Below, in pieces: positions 1-8,359 of a stretch of 64,000 bases of DNA. Made by a program: the position numbers and the translations under genes. The first letter of the stretch is position 1. Every line of letters begins with the position of its first letter. The stretch spans positions 223,002-287,001 of the forward strand of contig JAUSED010000009.1 in the NCBI GenBank assembly GCA_030650425.1. The letters are read 5' to 3'. Source of the DNA: Candidatus Omnitrophota bacterium. GTDB taxonomy: Bacteria > Omnitrophota > Gorgyraeia > Gygaellales > Profunditerraquicolaceae. The notes below the pieces were generated by a model, which was not told the DNA's origin, searched no databases, and saw only the letters and a list, made by a program, of their open reading frames with translations.

Positions 1-222
1 ATCATATAGATAATCCCAAATCCCGGGAGCAACCTTGATTATACCCATATAGATGCTATTGACTATTTTTTCAGCGACCGGATTTGTGTAATTAAAGGCA
101 TTGATATTTGATATTTCGGCGCATGGATCCAAGAGCTTTACCGCTTTTTCAATAGCCAAAGTCGCGTTGTGATGCCCGGATACTTCCGAAATATACATCA
201 AAACTATACGTTTAGAATGCAT
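1..222 (-). CDS. glycosyltransferase, N-terminal fragment (MGDG synthase / UgtP-like); gene runs off the window start
   Basis: Minus-strand translation from ATG at 222: MHSKRIVLMYISEVSGHHNATLAIEKAVKLL..., which resembles the N-terminal domain of diacylglycerol glycosyltransferases. Not in the ORF track because it is truncated. Confidence 0.4.
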   Translation of the reverse strand, partial: MHSKRIVLMYISEVSGHHNATLAIEKAVKLLDPCAEISNINAFNYTNPVAEKIVNSIYMGIIKVAPGIWDYLYD

Positions 223-229
223 AGGGATT

Positions 230-1396
230 TTAGAATTTCCCTTCCTGAGCTAATTCCAGAAATGCTTCTGTCACGCGAGGATTAAATTGCAGATGATTAT
301 ACTTCTTAATTTCTTTGATCGCGTCATTTTTGTAGAGGGCGCTCCGATACGGCCTATCCGAAGTCATCGCGTCAAAAGAATCTGCTACGGATATTATGGA
401 AGCGATCAAAGGAATTTGATCACCCTTTAATCCGTCAGGATAACCCCGGCCATCAGGCCGCTCATGATGGTATTTTATCCCCGCTAAAGAATGCTCCAGT
501 TCCTTTATCGGCTTAAGGATGGTTACGCCAATCATAGGATGCTCTTTGATTTTATTCCTTTCGCCCAAGGTAAGGCTGCTTCTCTTGTTCAGGATTTGTT
601 CGGGAACGCCGATCTTTCCGATATCATGCAAGAGGCTGGCTATGTGCAGGCTTTCGATAAACCTGCTATCGATGGATTTCCTGTTTTTTTGGGCAAGTTT
701 TTTAGCTATTTCAATACTTAAATTAGTTACCCGCGTGGTATGGCCGTGCGTATAGTTATCTTTCGCTTCGATGGCAGCGACAAGGGCGATAGTCGTGCGC
801 ATAAAAAGCTGATGCTTTTTATCCAGCTCGGATTTTAACTCTCTAAAGAGATTGGCGTTCCTGATGGCCATGGACATATTCGAAGCCAGGGCGACAAAAA
901 AATCCAACTCCCGGCCATTGAACCTGCTTCCGTCCTTTTTCTTACCCAACAGCAATATTCCTAATAGTTCATCCCGGTAGTAACTTGGGACGCAGGCAAC
1001 GGTCTCAAGTAACCGCACCTGATACAAAACATCCCCTAAGAGATGCCTTAGCCGCTCTTTTGTCTGGCTGCTTTTGGAGGCGCTGAGCGCGTTTTCCAAT
1101 GTTAAGACTTCGCTATTAAACAATAACCTGTTATCACGTTCCCGGAAGAAACGAATCAGAGAATCATCCTTATCAAAACAGGCCAGGCCTACGGGTATTT
1201 TTTTAGCCAAAGAGCCGCCGGAAACAGTCAACACATACGCCTGCCTCTCCGGTTTATAAAGCAGGATACTGGCGTGCTCGACCTTTATCTTATCAAGCAT
1301 CATACGCACGATTATTTTGATAAGCAGATCCGGATCATGCACGAAAATCATATTCCGCGCGGCAGTCTCTAGTTCTTTTTTGAAATCGATAGGCAT
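230..1396 (-). CDS. GAF domain-containing HD-GYP phosphodiesterase (putative c-di-GMP phosphodiesterase)
   Basis: HD motif (LLHDIGKIGVPEQIL) and GYP motif (DGRGYPDGLKGDQIP...DSFDAMTSDRPY); the N-terminal ~170 aa is GAF-like. Confidence 0.8.
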   Translation of the reverse strand: MPIDFKKELETAARNMIFVHDPDLLIKIIVRMMLDKIKVEHASILLYKPERQAYVLTVSGGSLAKKIPVGLACFDKDDSLIRFFRERDNRLLFNSEVLTLENALSASKSSQTKERLRHLLGDVLYQVRLLETVACVPSYYRDELLGILLLGKKKDGSRFNGRELDFFVALASNMSMAIRNANLFRELKSELDKKHQLFMRTTIALVAAIEAKDNYTHGHTTRVTNLSIEIAKKLAQKNRKSIDSRFIESLHIASLLHDIGKIGVPEQILNKRSSLTLGERNKIKEHPMIGVTILKPIKELEHSLAGIKYHHERPDGRGYPDGLKGDQIPLIASIISVADSFDAMTSDRPYRSALYKNDAIKEIKKYNHLQFNPRVTEAFLELAQEGKF

Positions 1397-1410
1397 AATA
1401 GATTCTATCC

Positions 1411-1601
1411 GTAGGGGACACTTTCCTTTATAGGGCTTCGCGATAGCGCTGATGGAAAGTGTCCCCGCGGGTTAGTCGCAGAGGACACTTTCCTTTTAAA
1501 GGTTCCATTATTGCCCTGACGGAAAATGTCCCCTTCTGCTAGGGTTTGGAAAATGTCCCCTACTGTTGGGGTTTGGAAAATGTCCCCTACTCCTAGGGTT
1601 T
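1411..1601. repeat. Array of 6 copies of a 13-bp unit GGGGACA(C/T)TTTCC and its reverse complement GGAAA(A/G)TGTCCCC, including three tandem 27-bp repeats (1521..1601); REP/BIME-like
   Basis: Copies at 1414-1426 (F), 1454-1466 (R), 1481-1493 (F), 1521-1533, 1548-1560 and 1575-1587 (R), read directly from the sequence. Intergenic between the lipoyl-protein gene and the HD-GYP gene. Confidence 0.75.
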
Positions 1602-1840
1602 TAATTCTCTTCTATGGTTCCCAACACATCCCCCACATTCGCCGCTGATCCTTCAACGATCAGGATCTCCGATAACCTCCCCGAGCAAGGACTTGGTAAA
1701 TTAAATGTAGCCTTGTCGGTAGTGAGTTCTATCAAATCGTCTTTCTCACTCACTTTTTCTCCGACCTTGAAATACCAGTAGGAGACCATTGCCTTTCGCA
1801 CTCCTTCACTTAACTCGGGTAAAATTATTTTGGTAGACAT
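1601..1840 (-). CDS. free-standing lipoyl (biotin/lipoyl attachment) domain protein, 79 aa
   Basis: Lipoyl-lysine motif ...LIELTTDKATFNLPSPCSGRL...; size and pattern of a single E2/GcvH-like lipoyl domain. Confidence 0.65.
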   Translation of the reverse strand: MSTKIILPELSEGVRKAMVSYWYFKVGEKVSEKDDLIELTTDKATFNLPSPCSGRLSEILIVEGSAANVGDVLGTIEEN

Positions 1841-1858
1841 TTTATCTTCTCCTTAATA

Positions 1859-2740
1859 CTATGCCTCTCTCCATGCAACTATCTGTTTGCTTAAAAACTG
1901 CACATTAGACAACGCGTCTTCTATCTGGTCAAGATTAAAGCTAATATTAACGCTTCCCGCCAACGTCGTATCTGCTTGGGCGGAGCTCTCGGCGACAATG
2001 GCACCATTGGTGGTCACATTACCAGTCATCGTCAATGTCCCGATAACGTAGATTATGCCGTTAAAGATCACCGTTCCGGAAAATTTCGCGTTGCCGTTTA
2101 TAACCAGAATACCGCTTCCGTTAAGATTACCGGCTATATCCAAGGTGTGGCCCGAAGAAACATCTACCCAAGTTATACCGTCAACAGGCGTATTAAACGT
2201 ACTATCGGTGTACAGATGAGCCGCGTCAGCTTTCATCGTTGTTTTTGAAATACCAAACATATTGGTAAAATTAATAGTATTATCCTCTTCTTTATACGTA
2301 CCGTTGATCGTGACAGCGCTACCATGGATTTCCAATTCGGCAGTTGTGTCTATGGCATAAGGAAACTTTGAGCTATCCATACCCGCTGTCTTTACTGTGG
2401 CGGTCAAAGTCCTGCTTATGCTAGGGCCGCTCGGCAAGCTTACTGTCCCGATAGAAGTTACGGTCCAATAATTATTTGTACCCAGCACAGGTTGCACAAT
2501 AGCACTAAAAGTATAATTATCCCCGCCAAGTTGTTCCGGGCCTACTCCGCTAAGCCCGGGGTTAGCCTTTACAGTAGCAATACCTGCTTCAGCCAGCCAA
2601 AAGGCGCGCATAGAATTAATATATCTATTGGCTAATTGGTTTTCATTTACAGCCTTAAGATAGAGCGCCGCCAGTAGAATAGAAAGAACCAAGGTTACTA
2701 GGAGTGAAAAAACCAGAACTACGCCTTTACGTTTATCCAT
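1859..2740 (-). CDS. PilX-like type IV pilus minor pilin / assembly protein
   Basis: N-terminal TM helix followed by ...SMRAFWLAEAGIA..., the PilX N-terminal domain signature; Thr/Asn/Gly-rich beta-rich C-terminal part. Confidence 0.55.
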   Translation of the reverse strand: MDKRKGVVLVFSLLVTLVLSILLAALYLKAVNENQLANRYINSMRAFWLAEAGIATVKANPGLSGVGPEQLGGDNYTFSAIVQPVLGTNNYWTVTSIGTVSLPSGPSISRTLTATVKTAGMDSSKFPYAIDTTAELEIHGSAVTINGTYKEEDNTINFTNMFGISKTTMKADAAHLYTDSTFNTPVDGITWVDVSSGHTLDIAGNLNGSGILVINGNAKFSGTVIFNGIIYVIGTLTMTGNVTTNGAIVAESSAQADTTLAGSVNISFNLDQIEDALSNVQFLSKQIVAWREA

Positions 2741-3371
2741 TTCTTATCTTTACCAGTTCAAATAAATTGTAAGTTGTATTTTGACCGCCAATCACCTGGT
2801 TTTGCCCGAATATCCGAATAACGATCTGTTTGCTGGTGCCTAAATCAGTCGCGTTTAATGGAACAATTTGCCCGCCAGAATCTAAAGTATTAAAAAGATA
2901 TTGGTTAACCGGAATATCAATATAATTAAAAGTCCACGTCTTAATTTGGGCTGGATCAGCCGGATCCGGCCCGCTGCGGGTAATTATTTTTTGAGCGGCA
3001 TCATAAGTATATTCCACGTAATAGTCGCTCAATAAAAACGTATTATTCACGGTATCCCAGCCGGTGACCTGCTTGAACTTGATATGTGAACTATTGGGAT
3101 TGTTAGCGACTTTAGCAATTTCCCAATTTACGGTCTGGTGGACATCTTTGACTATCCAATCCATCGCGCGCCTTACCTCTCCCTGAAGTTCAGCTCTTGC
3201 CGAACTTAAATTGAATGAAAGATTACCGGCGTTCATAGCATAAAATAATACAGCCATAATCACGCTTAAGATAGCGGCAACCAGGAGCATCTCAATTAAG
3301 GTCGTGCCCCTTAGTTTATTCTTGAGCGAAACGGGTAGTAAGCGTAAAGGCCCTTGTCTCATTTCTCTCAT
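2733..3371 (-). CDS. prepilin-type N-terminal cleavage/methylation domain protein (PilW-like minor pilin)
   Basis: G-TTLIEMLLVAAILSVIMAV matches the class III signal motif G/FTLIE plus hydrophobic helix. Confidence 0.6.
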   Translation of the reverse strand: MREMRQGPLRLLPVSLKNKLRGTTLIEMLLVAAILSVIMAVLFYAMNAGNLSFNLSSARAELQGEVRRAMDWIVKDVHQTVNWEIAKVANNPNSSHIKFKQVTGWDTVNNTFLLSDYYVEYTYDAAQKIITRSGPDPADPAQIKTWTFNYIDIPVNQYLFNTLDSGGQIVPLNATDLGTSKQIVIRIFGQNQVIGGQNTTYNLFELVKIRNG

Positions 3372-3687
3372 TCCAGACGACCTGCACAGTTATTGTATCT
3401 AAGGTTGAGGTATATATAGGGTTAGGAAAAGTAATGCTTTCACCGGCTAAATTCGTAAAGGTAGTATTATAGTTTCCGATATAGGTTTGGATGTCATTGA
3501 AATCCTGCTCCTTTATCTGCTCCAACGCGTATTGCGCATCATTGGCTGCGATAACACGGTTTCTGCTGGATTCATTCAGTAACATAGAATTGATAAATGC
3601 GAATAATGCTGAAATGCTGATGATCAATAAAATAACCACACCGCACATTAACTCAATTAATGAAAAGCCTCTGTCTCCTGATCGCAT
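3316..3687 (-). CDS. prepilin-type N-terminal cleavage/methylation domain protein (PilV-like minor pilin / pseudopilin)
   Basis: RGFSLIELMCGVVILLIISIS matches the prepilin motif. Overlaps the next ORF by 56 nt, so the downstream gene may start later. Confidence 0.55.
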   Translation of the reverse strand: MRSGDRGFSLIELMCGVVILLIISISALFAFINSMLLNESSRNRVIAANDAQYALEQIKEQDFNDIQTYIGNYNTTFTNLAGESITFPNPIYTSTLDTITVQVVWNERNETRAFTLTTRFAQE

Positions 3688-3723
3688 AATCTATCCCATT
3701 AGATTCTTCGCCCTTCGGGCTCA

Positions 3724-3777
3724 GAATGACACCATGACACGGTCTGAATGACATTATGACACAGTCTAAAATGACGG
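3724..3777. repeat. 2.4 tandem copies of a 22-bp unit GAATGACAnnATGACACnGTCT overlapping the lipB 3' end / pilin-operon upstream region
   Basis: gaatgacaccatgacacggtct (3724-3745), gaatgacattatgacacagtct (3746-3767), aaaatgacgg (3768-3777). Confidence 0.6.
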
Positions 3778-4410
3778 CTCGGCAACAGACCTATTAGCTA
3801 ATAAACTAATAAACGACTTCTTTACCTGTTCAACGTTGGTCTCTTTCCCTGTTTCCGATTCAACAGATGTTACCATTATATCCATACCGCAGGGCCTAAT
3901 CAAGGAAAAATTGATTAGGTCATCGCGTTTGATATTGATACTAAAGCCATGGAAACTAATCCAATTTCTTACGGCAATCCCGATAGAAGCTATTTTGCGC
4001 TTACCAACCCAGACACCGGTTAACCCTTCTTTTCTTTCTCCTCCGATTCCAAAGTCCTTCAAACCAAAAATGATTAATCCTTCAAGGTATCTTAAAAACC
4101 AGTGGATATCTTTCTTAAGGTAATTTAAATTTAATATCGGATAAACCGTTAACTGGCCCGGGCCATGATAGGTCACATCTCCTCCCCGTTCAACTTCATA
4201 AACAGCTATCTTTTTTCGGTCCAGTTCTATTTCTTTCGCGAGAATATTTGCTTTAAGGCCGCTTCTGCCGATAGTAATCACCGGATTATGCCGACAGATA
4301 AGTAAGGCGTGCTTCAGGCGCCCAGATTTCACTTCGGCAAATAGCTCTTTTTGCTTCTGCCAGGCGGTGTCAAAATCAACCAACCCGGGATCGATAATTT
4401 TTAAATTCAT
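3766..4410 (-). CDS. lipB: lipoyl(octanoyl) transferase LipB; start corrected to the internal Met
   Basis: MNLKIIDPGLVDFDTAWQKQKEL...CRHNPVITIGRSG... is the LipB family. The first 50 codons of the ORF-track model are low-complexity translation of a structured repeat element. Confidence 0.8.
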   Translation of the reverse strand: MNLKIIDPGLVDFDTAWQKQKELFAEVKSGRLKHALLICRHNPVITIGRSGLKANILAKEIELDRKKIAVYEVERGGDVTYHGPGQLTVYPILNLNYLKKDIHWFLRYLEGLIIFGLKDFGIGGERKEGLTGVWVGKRKIASIGIAVRNWISFHGFSINIKRDDLINFSLIRPCGMDIMVTSVESETGKETNVEQVKKSFISLLANRSVAEPSF

Positions 4411-4563
4411 GATGGGACTATTGCGAAATGCCCGACTTTGCGTCATTCTGAGGCCGAAGGCCGAAGAATCTCGTCGATAACGAGATCCTTCCCCTTCCCC
4501 TTCACTTCGTTCAGGGTCAGGGTCAGGATGACGAAAAATGGCATTTCGCAATAGTCCCATGAT
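4408..4563. repeat. 155-bp structured element bounded by a perfect 21-bp inverted repeat (MITE-like or small structured RNA)
   Basis: atgggactattgcgaaatgcc (4412-4432) is the exact reverse complement of ggcatttcgcaatagtcccat (4540-4560). A second, imperfect inverted repeat is cgtcattctga (4441-4451) / tcaggatgacg (4521-4531). The interior is built from tandem short repeats (ggccgaa x2, ccttcc x3, cagggt x2) and an atctcg/cgagat hairpin. It exactly fills the lpdA stop to lipB start gap. Confidence 0.7.
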
Positions 4564-5855
4564 TATTCCAGCGCTTCGGAGATTGATTCGGAAAGAGTAG
4601 GGTGGGCGAATATGCTTTGACGAAGATTTTTTATACTAAGAGAGTTTGCTACAGCTAAAGTTAGAATCCCGATTAATTCCGTGGCTTTTGGCCCGATAAT
4701 CGAAGCGCCTAAAACTATCCCGGAATTTTGGCCTGAAATAATCTTTATAAATCCTTCCGCTTCATCCAATATGCGAGCCATCCCTGAACCCAGAAAATCG
4801 AATTTGTGGATATCCACACTTAGTCCGTTGGCTATGGCTTTATCTTCGCTCAGGCCTATAGAGGCAATCTCAGGATCGGTAAAAATACAACTCGGTACGC
4901 ATGCCGCTGCGGCGCTCTTGCGATTATCTGGTTGGGCTATATTCTGTGCTGCTAAACGACCCTGGAAACTCGCAAGGTGGGCGAGCATTATTTTGGAAGC
5001 GCAATCACCCGCGGCGTAAATATTATTTATATTCGTGCAAAGATAATCATCGGTAATAATTCTACTCCTCTCTAACTTTAGCCCTAATTTCTCCAAACCT
5101 AAGCCCTCTGTCCGGGGAACCCTGCCCACGCAAACTAAAATAATATCAAAATCATCCGGATTTAAGCTGGAAGCGTCGGTAGCCGTATTTATCTTAATCC
5201 CTTTCTTCTTAAAAATATTTTCCAGCTTCCTGGCGGTTTCTTTATCCTCTCCCGGCAGAAGCTGGGGCATTTTTTCAACGACGGTTACTTTTGATCCCAG
5301 ACTCAAGAAAAGACTGGCGAACTCGCAGCCAATAACTCCTCCTCCGACAATCAAGAGAGAACCGGGGATAGCTTTAAGCGAGAGTATTTCATTGCTTGAG
5401 AGTATTTTCTTAGCATCAAACTTAAATTGCGGTAATTCGTAAGGCATAGAACCCGCGGCAATAAGAATATTCTTAGCCTGAACCGGGCTGCTCCCGGAAA
5501 CCTTTATTTCATTAGCTGATAAGATCTGTGCTTCTGCGGATAGAAAATCAATATCCTTAAGCATGGAGCGCATGCCCAGCCTAAGCTGTTGGATGATTTT
5601 ATCTTTTCTTTCCTGAATCTTGACAAAATCAATCGCAGGCACAGAAGTGTTTATACCGAACGCGGAAGATTTTTTGACGAGATTAAATACCTTCGCGGAT
5701 TGAATGAGGGCTTTGGTAGGGATACAACCTAGATTCAGGCACGTTCCGCCGATCTCCGATTTATCAATGAGAACAGTTTGAAGGCCTAATTTTCTTGCTT
5801 TTAGGCCCGCGTTAAAACCAGCCCAGCCTGCGCCGATTATCGCTAAATCATACAT
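4563..5855 (-). CDS. lpdA: dihydrolipoyl dehydrogenase (E3)
   Basis: FAD-binding GAGWAG..., redox-active disulfide GGTCLNLGCIPTK, and a C-terminal dimerisation region with HPTLSE. Confidence 0.85.
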   Translation of the reverse strand: MYDLAIIGAGWAGFNAGLKARKLGLQTVLIDKSEIGGTCLNLGCIPTKALIQSAKVFNLVKKSSAFGINTSVPAIDFVKIQERKDKIIQQLRLGMRSMLKDIDFLSAEAQILSANEIKVSGSSPVQAKNILIAAGSMPYELPQFKFDAKKILSSNEILSLKAIPGSLLIVGGGVIGCEFASLFLSLGSKVTVVEKMPQLLPGEDKETARKLENIFKKKGIKINTATDASSLNPDDFDIILVCVGRVPRTEGLGLEKLGLKLERSRIITDDYLCTNINNIYAAGDCASKIMLAHLASFQGRLAAQNIAQPDNRKSAAAACVPSCIFTDPEIASIGLSEDKAIANGLSVDIHKFDFLGSGMARILDEAEGFIKIISGQNSGIVLGASIIGPKATELIGILTLAVANSLSIKNLRQSIFAHPTLSESISEALE

Positions 5856-6771
5856 AAGAAAACTGCTCGGTTAATTTCCGGATAGATGCAGCTGAATTTA
5901 ATAGCTCTTTCTGCTCGCCCTCGCTTAAATCCAACTCTATTATTTTTTCAATCCCGCTTTTACCCAGCCGAACTGGCACGCCAATGCAAATATCCTTAAT
6001 CCCATATTCACCGTTTAGATACGCGCAGGCTCCCAGGATCTTCTTTTCATCTTTAGCGATAACCTTAACCATTTCAGCAACCGCGGCTGACGGCGCGAAA
6101 AAAGCGCTTCCGCTTCCTAAAAATGAGACTATTTCAGCGCCTCGCCCCACTGTTTTCCTGATAAGATCATCGACCTTTTCTTTGCTTAAGTATTCCTCAA
6201 GGCTTACCCCTTTAACTTTAGTATGCTTAACCAAAGGCAGCATACCTTCGCCATGCGCGCCAATCACTACCGCGTCTATATCCGAAGGTTCAAGGTTTAA
6301 TTCTTGAGCAATAAGGTTAGCAAATCGCGCGCTATCCAAACTAATCCCCATCCCTAAAACTCTTTTTTTTGGAAAACCGGTAACTTTGGAGGCAAGACAG
6401 GTCATCAAGTCTAAAGGATTAGTCACTACTATAACCACTGCCTGGGGAGATAATTCTTTTATCTTTAGGCAAACTTCTTTTAAGATCTGAGCATTTTTGG
6501 AGAGTAGTTCTTCGCGGGCCATCCCGGGCCTGCGCGCGAGGCCGGCGGTGATCACCACGATTTGAGAATCTTTAATGCTGTTTATATCATCGGTACCTTT
6601 GATATTATAATTAACTTTCAGGATCGCGCGGGCATCCTCTAAATCCAAAGCCTTACCTTGCGCGATACCTTTAGCAATATCAACAAGAAGGATATCTCCA
6701 AAGCCGCATTGCGCGACGCGCATTGCGCTCAAAGCGCCGACATTCCCCGCTCCGATGATGCTTATTTTCAT
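5848..6771 (-). CDS. mdh: malate dehydrogenase (LDH/MDH family, MDH-type Arg in the substrate loop)
   Basis: IIGAGNVG Rossmann fold; GLARRPGMAREELL (Arg rather than the Gln typical of LDH). Confidence 0.75.
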   Translation of the reverse strand: MKISIIGAGNVGALSAMRVAQCGFGDILLVDIAKGIAQGKALDLEDARAILKVNYNIKGTDDINSIKDSQIVVITAGLARRPGMAREELLSKNAQILKEVCLKIKELSPQAVVIVVTNPLDLMTCLASKVTGFPKKRVLGMGISLDSARFANLIAQELNLEPSDIDAVVIGAHGEGMLPLVKHTKVKGVSLEEYLSKEKVDDLIRKTVGRGAEIVSFLGSGSAFFAPSAAVAEMVKVIAKDEKKILGACAYLNGEYGIKDICIGVPVRLGKSGIEKIIELDLSEGEQKELLNSAASIRKLTEQFSYV

Positions 6772-6772
6772 T

Positions 6773-7858
6773 TTAATTTTTTATTTTTTTAATGATCGCG
6801 TCGGCCATTTCCTGGGTGCCAACTATATTAGGATCATTGGGATCAGATTTAAAATCGTAGGTTACCGAGCGGCCCTCGGCAATAACTTCACTAACCGCAT
6901 TCTCTAAATTACGGGCAGCTTTTTCTTCCTTCAGATATTCAAGCATTAACACCCCCGATAAAATCATCGCGGTAGGGTTAACCTTATTTTGGCCTTTGTA
7001 TTTCGGAGCTGAACCGTGGACTGCCTCAAATACCGCCAGATCATCTCCGATATTCGCTCCGGGGGCAATACCTAACCCTCCGATAAGCCCGGCGCATAAA
7101 TCCGAAAGTATATCTCCGTAAAGGTTAGGTAAAACTAAAACATCATAAACATTGGGCTTCTGTACCAGCTGCATGCTCATATTATCGACTATCGCTTCGT
7201 TAAAATCAATTCTACCCGCGTAATTTTGAGAGACCTGCCGCCCTACCTTCAAAAATAACCCATCAGTAAACTTCATAATGTTGGCCTTATGCACGATAGT
7301 CACCTTTTTCCGGCCGTGTTTTAAGGCATACTCGAAGGCAAACCTGACTATTCTTTCTGAAGCGCTTTTAGATATAGGCTTAATGGAAATACCCGAATCC
7401 GGCCGGATTTTCTTTTTACTCTGAGCCTCAATCTCTTGAATAAGTTTTTTTGTCTCGGGCCTGCCTTCTTCAAACTCTATACCCGCGTAAAGGTCTTCGC
7501 TATTCTCACGGACAATAACTAAGTCGATATCTTTATAAAGGCTTTTTACTCCGGGATAGGTCTTTACCGGGCGTACGCAGGCGTATAAATCTAAAGCCTG
7601 TCTTATCGCCACATTTACCGAACGAAAACCTTCTCCGATAGGCGTAATGATCGGGCCTTTCAGCGCGACTTTATTTCTTTTTATAGAATCAAGGGTCGCC
7701 TTAGGGAGCAATTCCCCTGTCTTCTCCAGGGCGTCGGAACCAGCTTCAGCCTTCTCCCAGTCAATCTTTACCCCTGTGGCCTCAACGCATCTCTTGGCGG
7801 CCAAACTCACCTCAGGGCCGATACCGTCACCGGGAATCAAAGTAATTTTATGCGGCAT
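6773..7858 (-). CDS. isocitrate / isopropylmalate dehydrogenase family enzyme (likely NAD-dependent isocitrate or homoisocitrate dehydrogenase)
   Basis: GDGIGPEV N-terminus and [27 protein letters not shown] signature of beta-decarboxylating dehydrogenases. ICDH versus LeuB cannot be resolved by eye. Confidence 0.6.
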   Translation of the reverse strand: MPHKITLIPGDGIGPEVSLAAKRCVEATGVKIDWEKAEAGSDALEKTGELLPKATLDSIKRNKVALKGPIITPIGEGFRSVNVAIRQALDLYACVRPVKTYPGVKSLYKDIDLVIVRENSEDLYAGIEFEEGRPETKKLIQEIEAQSKKKIRPDSGISIKPISKSASERIVRFAFEYALKHGRKKVTIVHKANIMKFTDGLFLKVGRQVSQNYAGRIDFNEAIVDNMSMQLVQKPNVYDVLVLPNLYGDILSDLCAGLIGGLGIAPGANIGDDLAVFEAVHGSAPKYKGQNKVNPTAMILSGVLMLEYLKEEKAARNLENAVSEVIAEGRSVTYDFKSDPNDPNIVGTQEMADAIIKKIKN

Positions 7859-8359
7859 CTAAACCTTAAGCTCTCCGTGCTTTTTGTAATAATTAATAAT
7901 CCCGCCTTCCTTAAGCAATTCCTGCATAAAATGAGGAAAAGGCTTCGCCGATAGATCGATATTTTTAGTTATATTCCTAACGATACCCTTATCTAAATCA
8001 ATGTCGATAGAATCGCTCTCATTGATTTTATCCGTATCTGTCTCGATCAGGGCTAAACCTATATTGAACGAATTGCGGTAAAATATACGTGCAAAACTCT
8101 TTGCCAGCACAGCTACAATCCCTGCCTCTTTAATCACCAAGGGGGCTTGCTCACGCGAAGAACCCATTCCGAAATTTTTTCCCGCTACGATCATAGATTC
8201 ACCCGGAGTGATCTTAGCCGGAAAATCGGGATCAATATCCTCCATAATATGCTTGGCTAACTCTTTCATATCAGTAATCGCGAACTTATATCTTCCGGAG
8301 ATAATGAAATCCGTATTAATATTATCTCCTAATTTTATGGCTTTACCTGCTAATCTCAT
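7859..8359 (-). CDS. 3-isopropylmalate/(homo)aconitate dehydratase small subunit (LeuD-like, archaeal-type short form)
   Basis: 166 aa, GDNINTDFIISGRY motif of the aconitase C-terminal swivel domain. Confidence 0.7.
   Translation of the reverse strand: MRLAGKAIKLGDNINTDFIISGRYKFAITDMKELAKHIMEDIDPDFPAKITPGESMIVAGKNFGMGSSREQAPLVIKEAGIVAVLAKSFARIFYRNSFNIGLALIETDTDKINESDSIDIDLDKGIVRNITKNIDLSAKPFPHFMQELLKEGGIINYYKKHGELKV

Noticed and set aside
4411-4560. N-terminal 50 codons of the ORF-track lipB model
   Set aside because: The translation is low-complexity (PDPDPERSEGEGEGS) and the DNA is a structured repeat element. LipB homology begins at the internal Met (4410).
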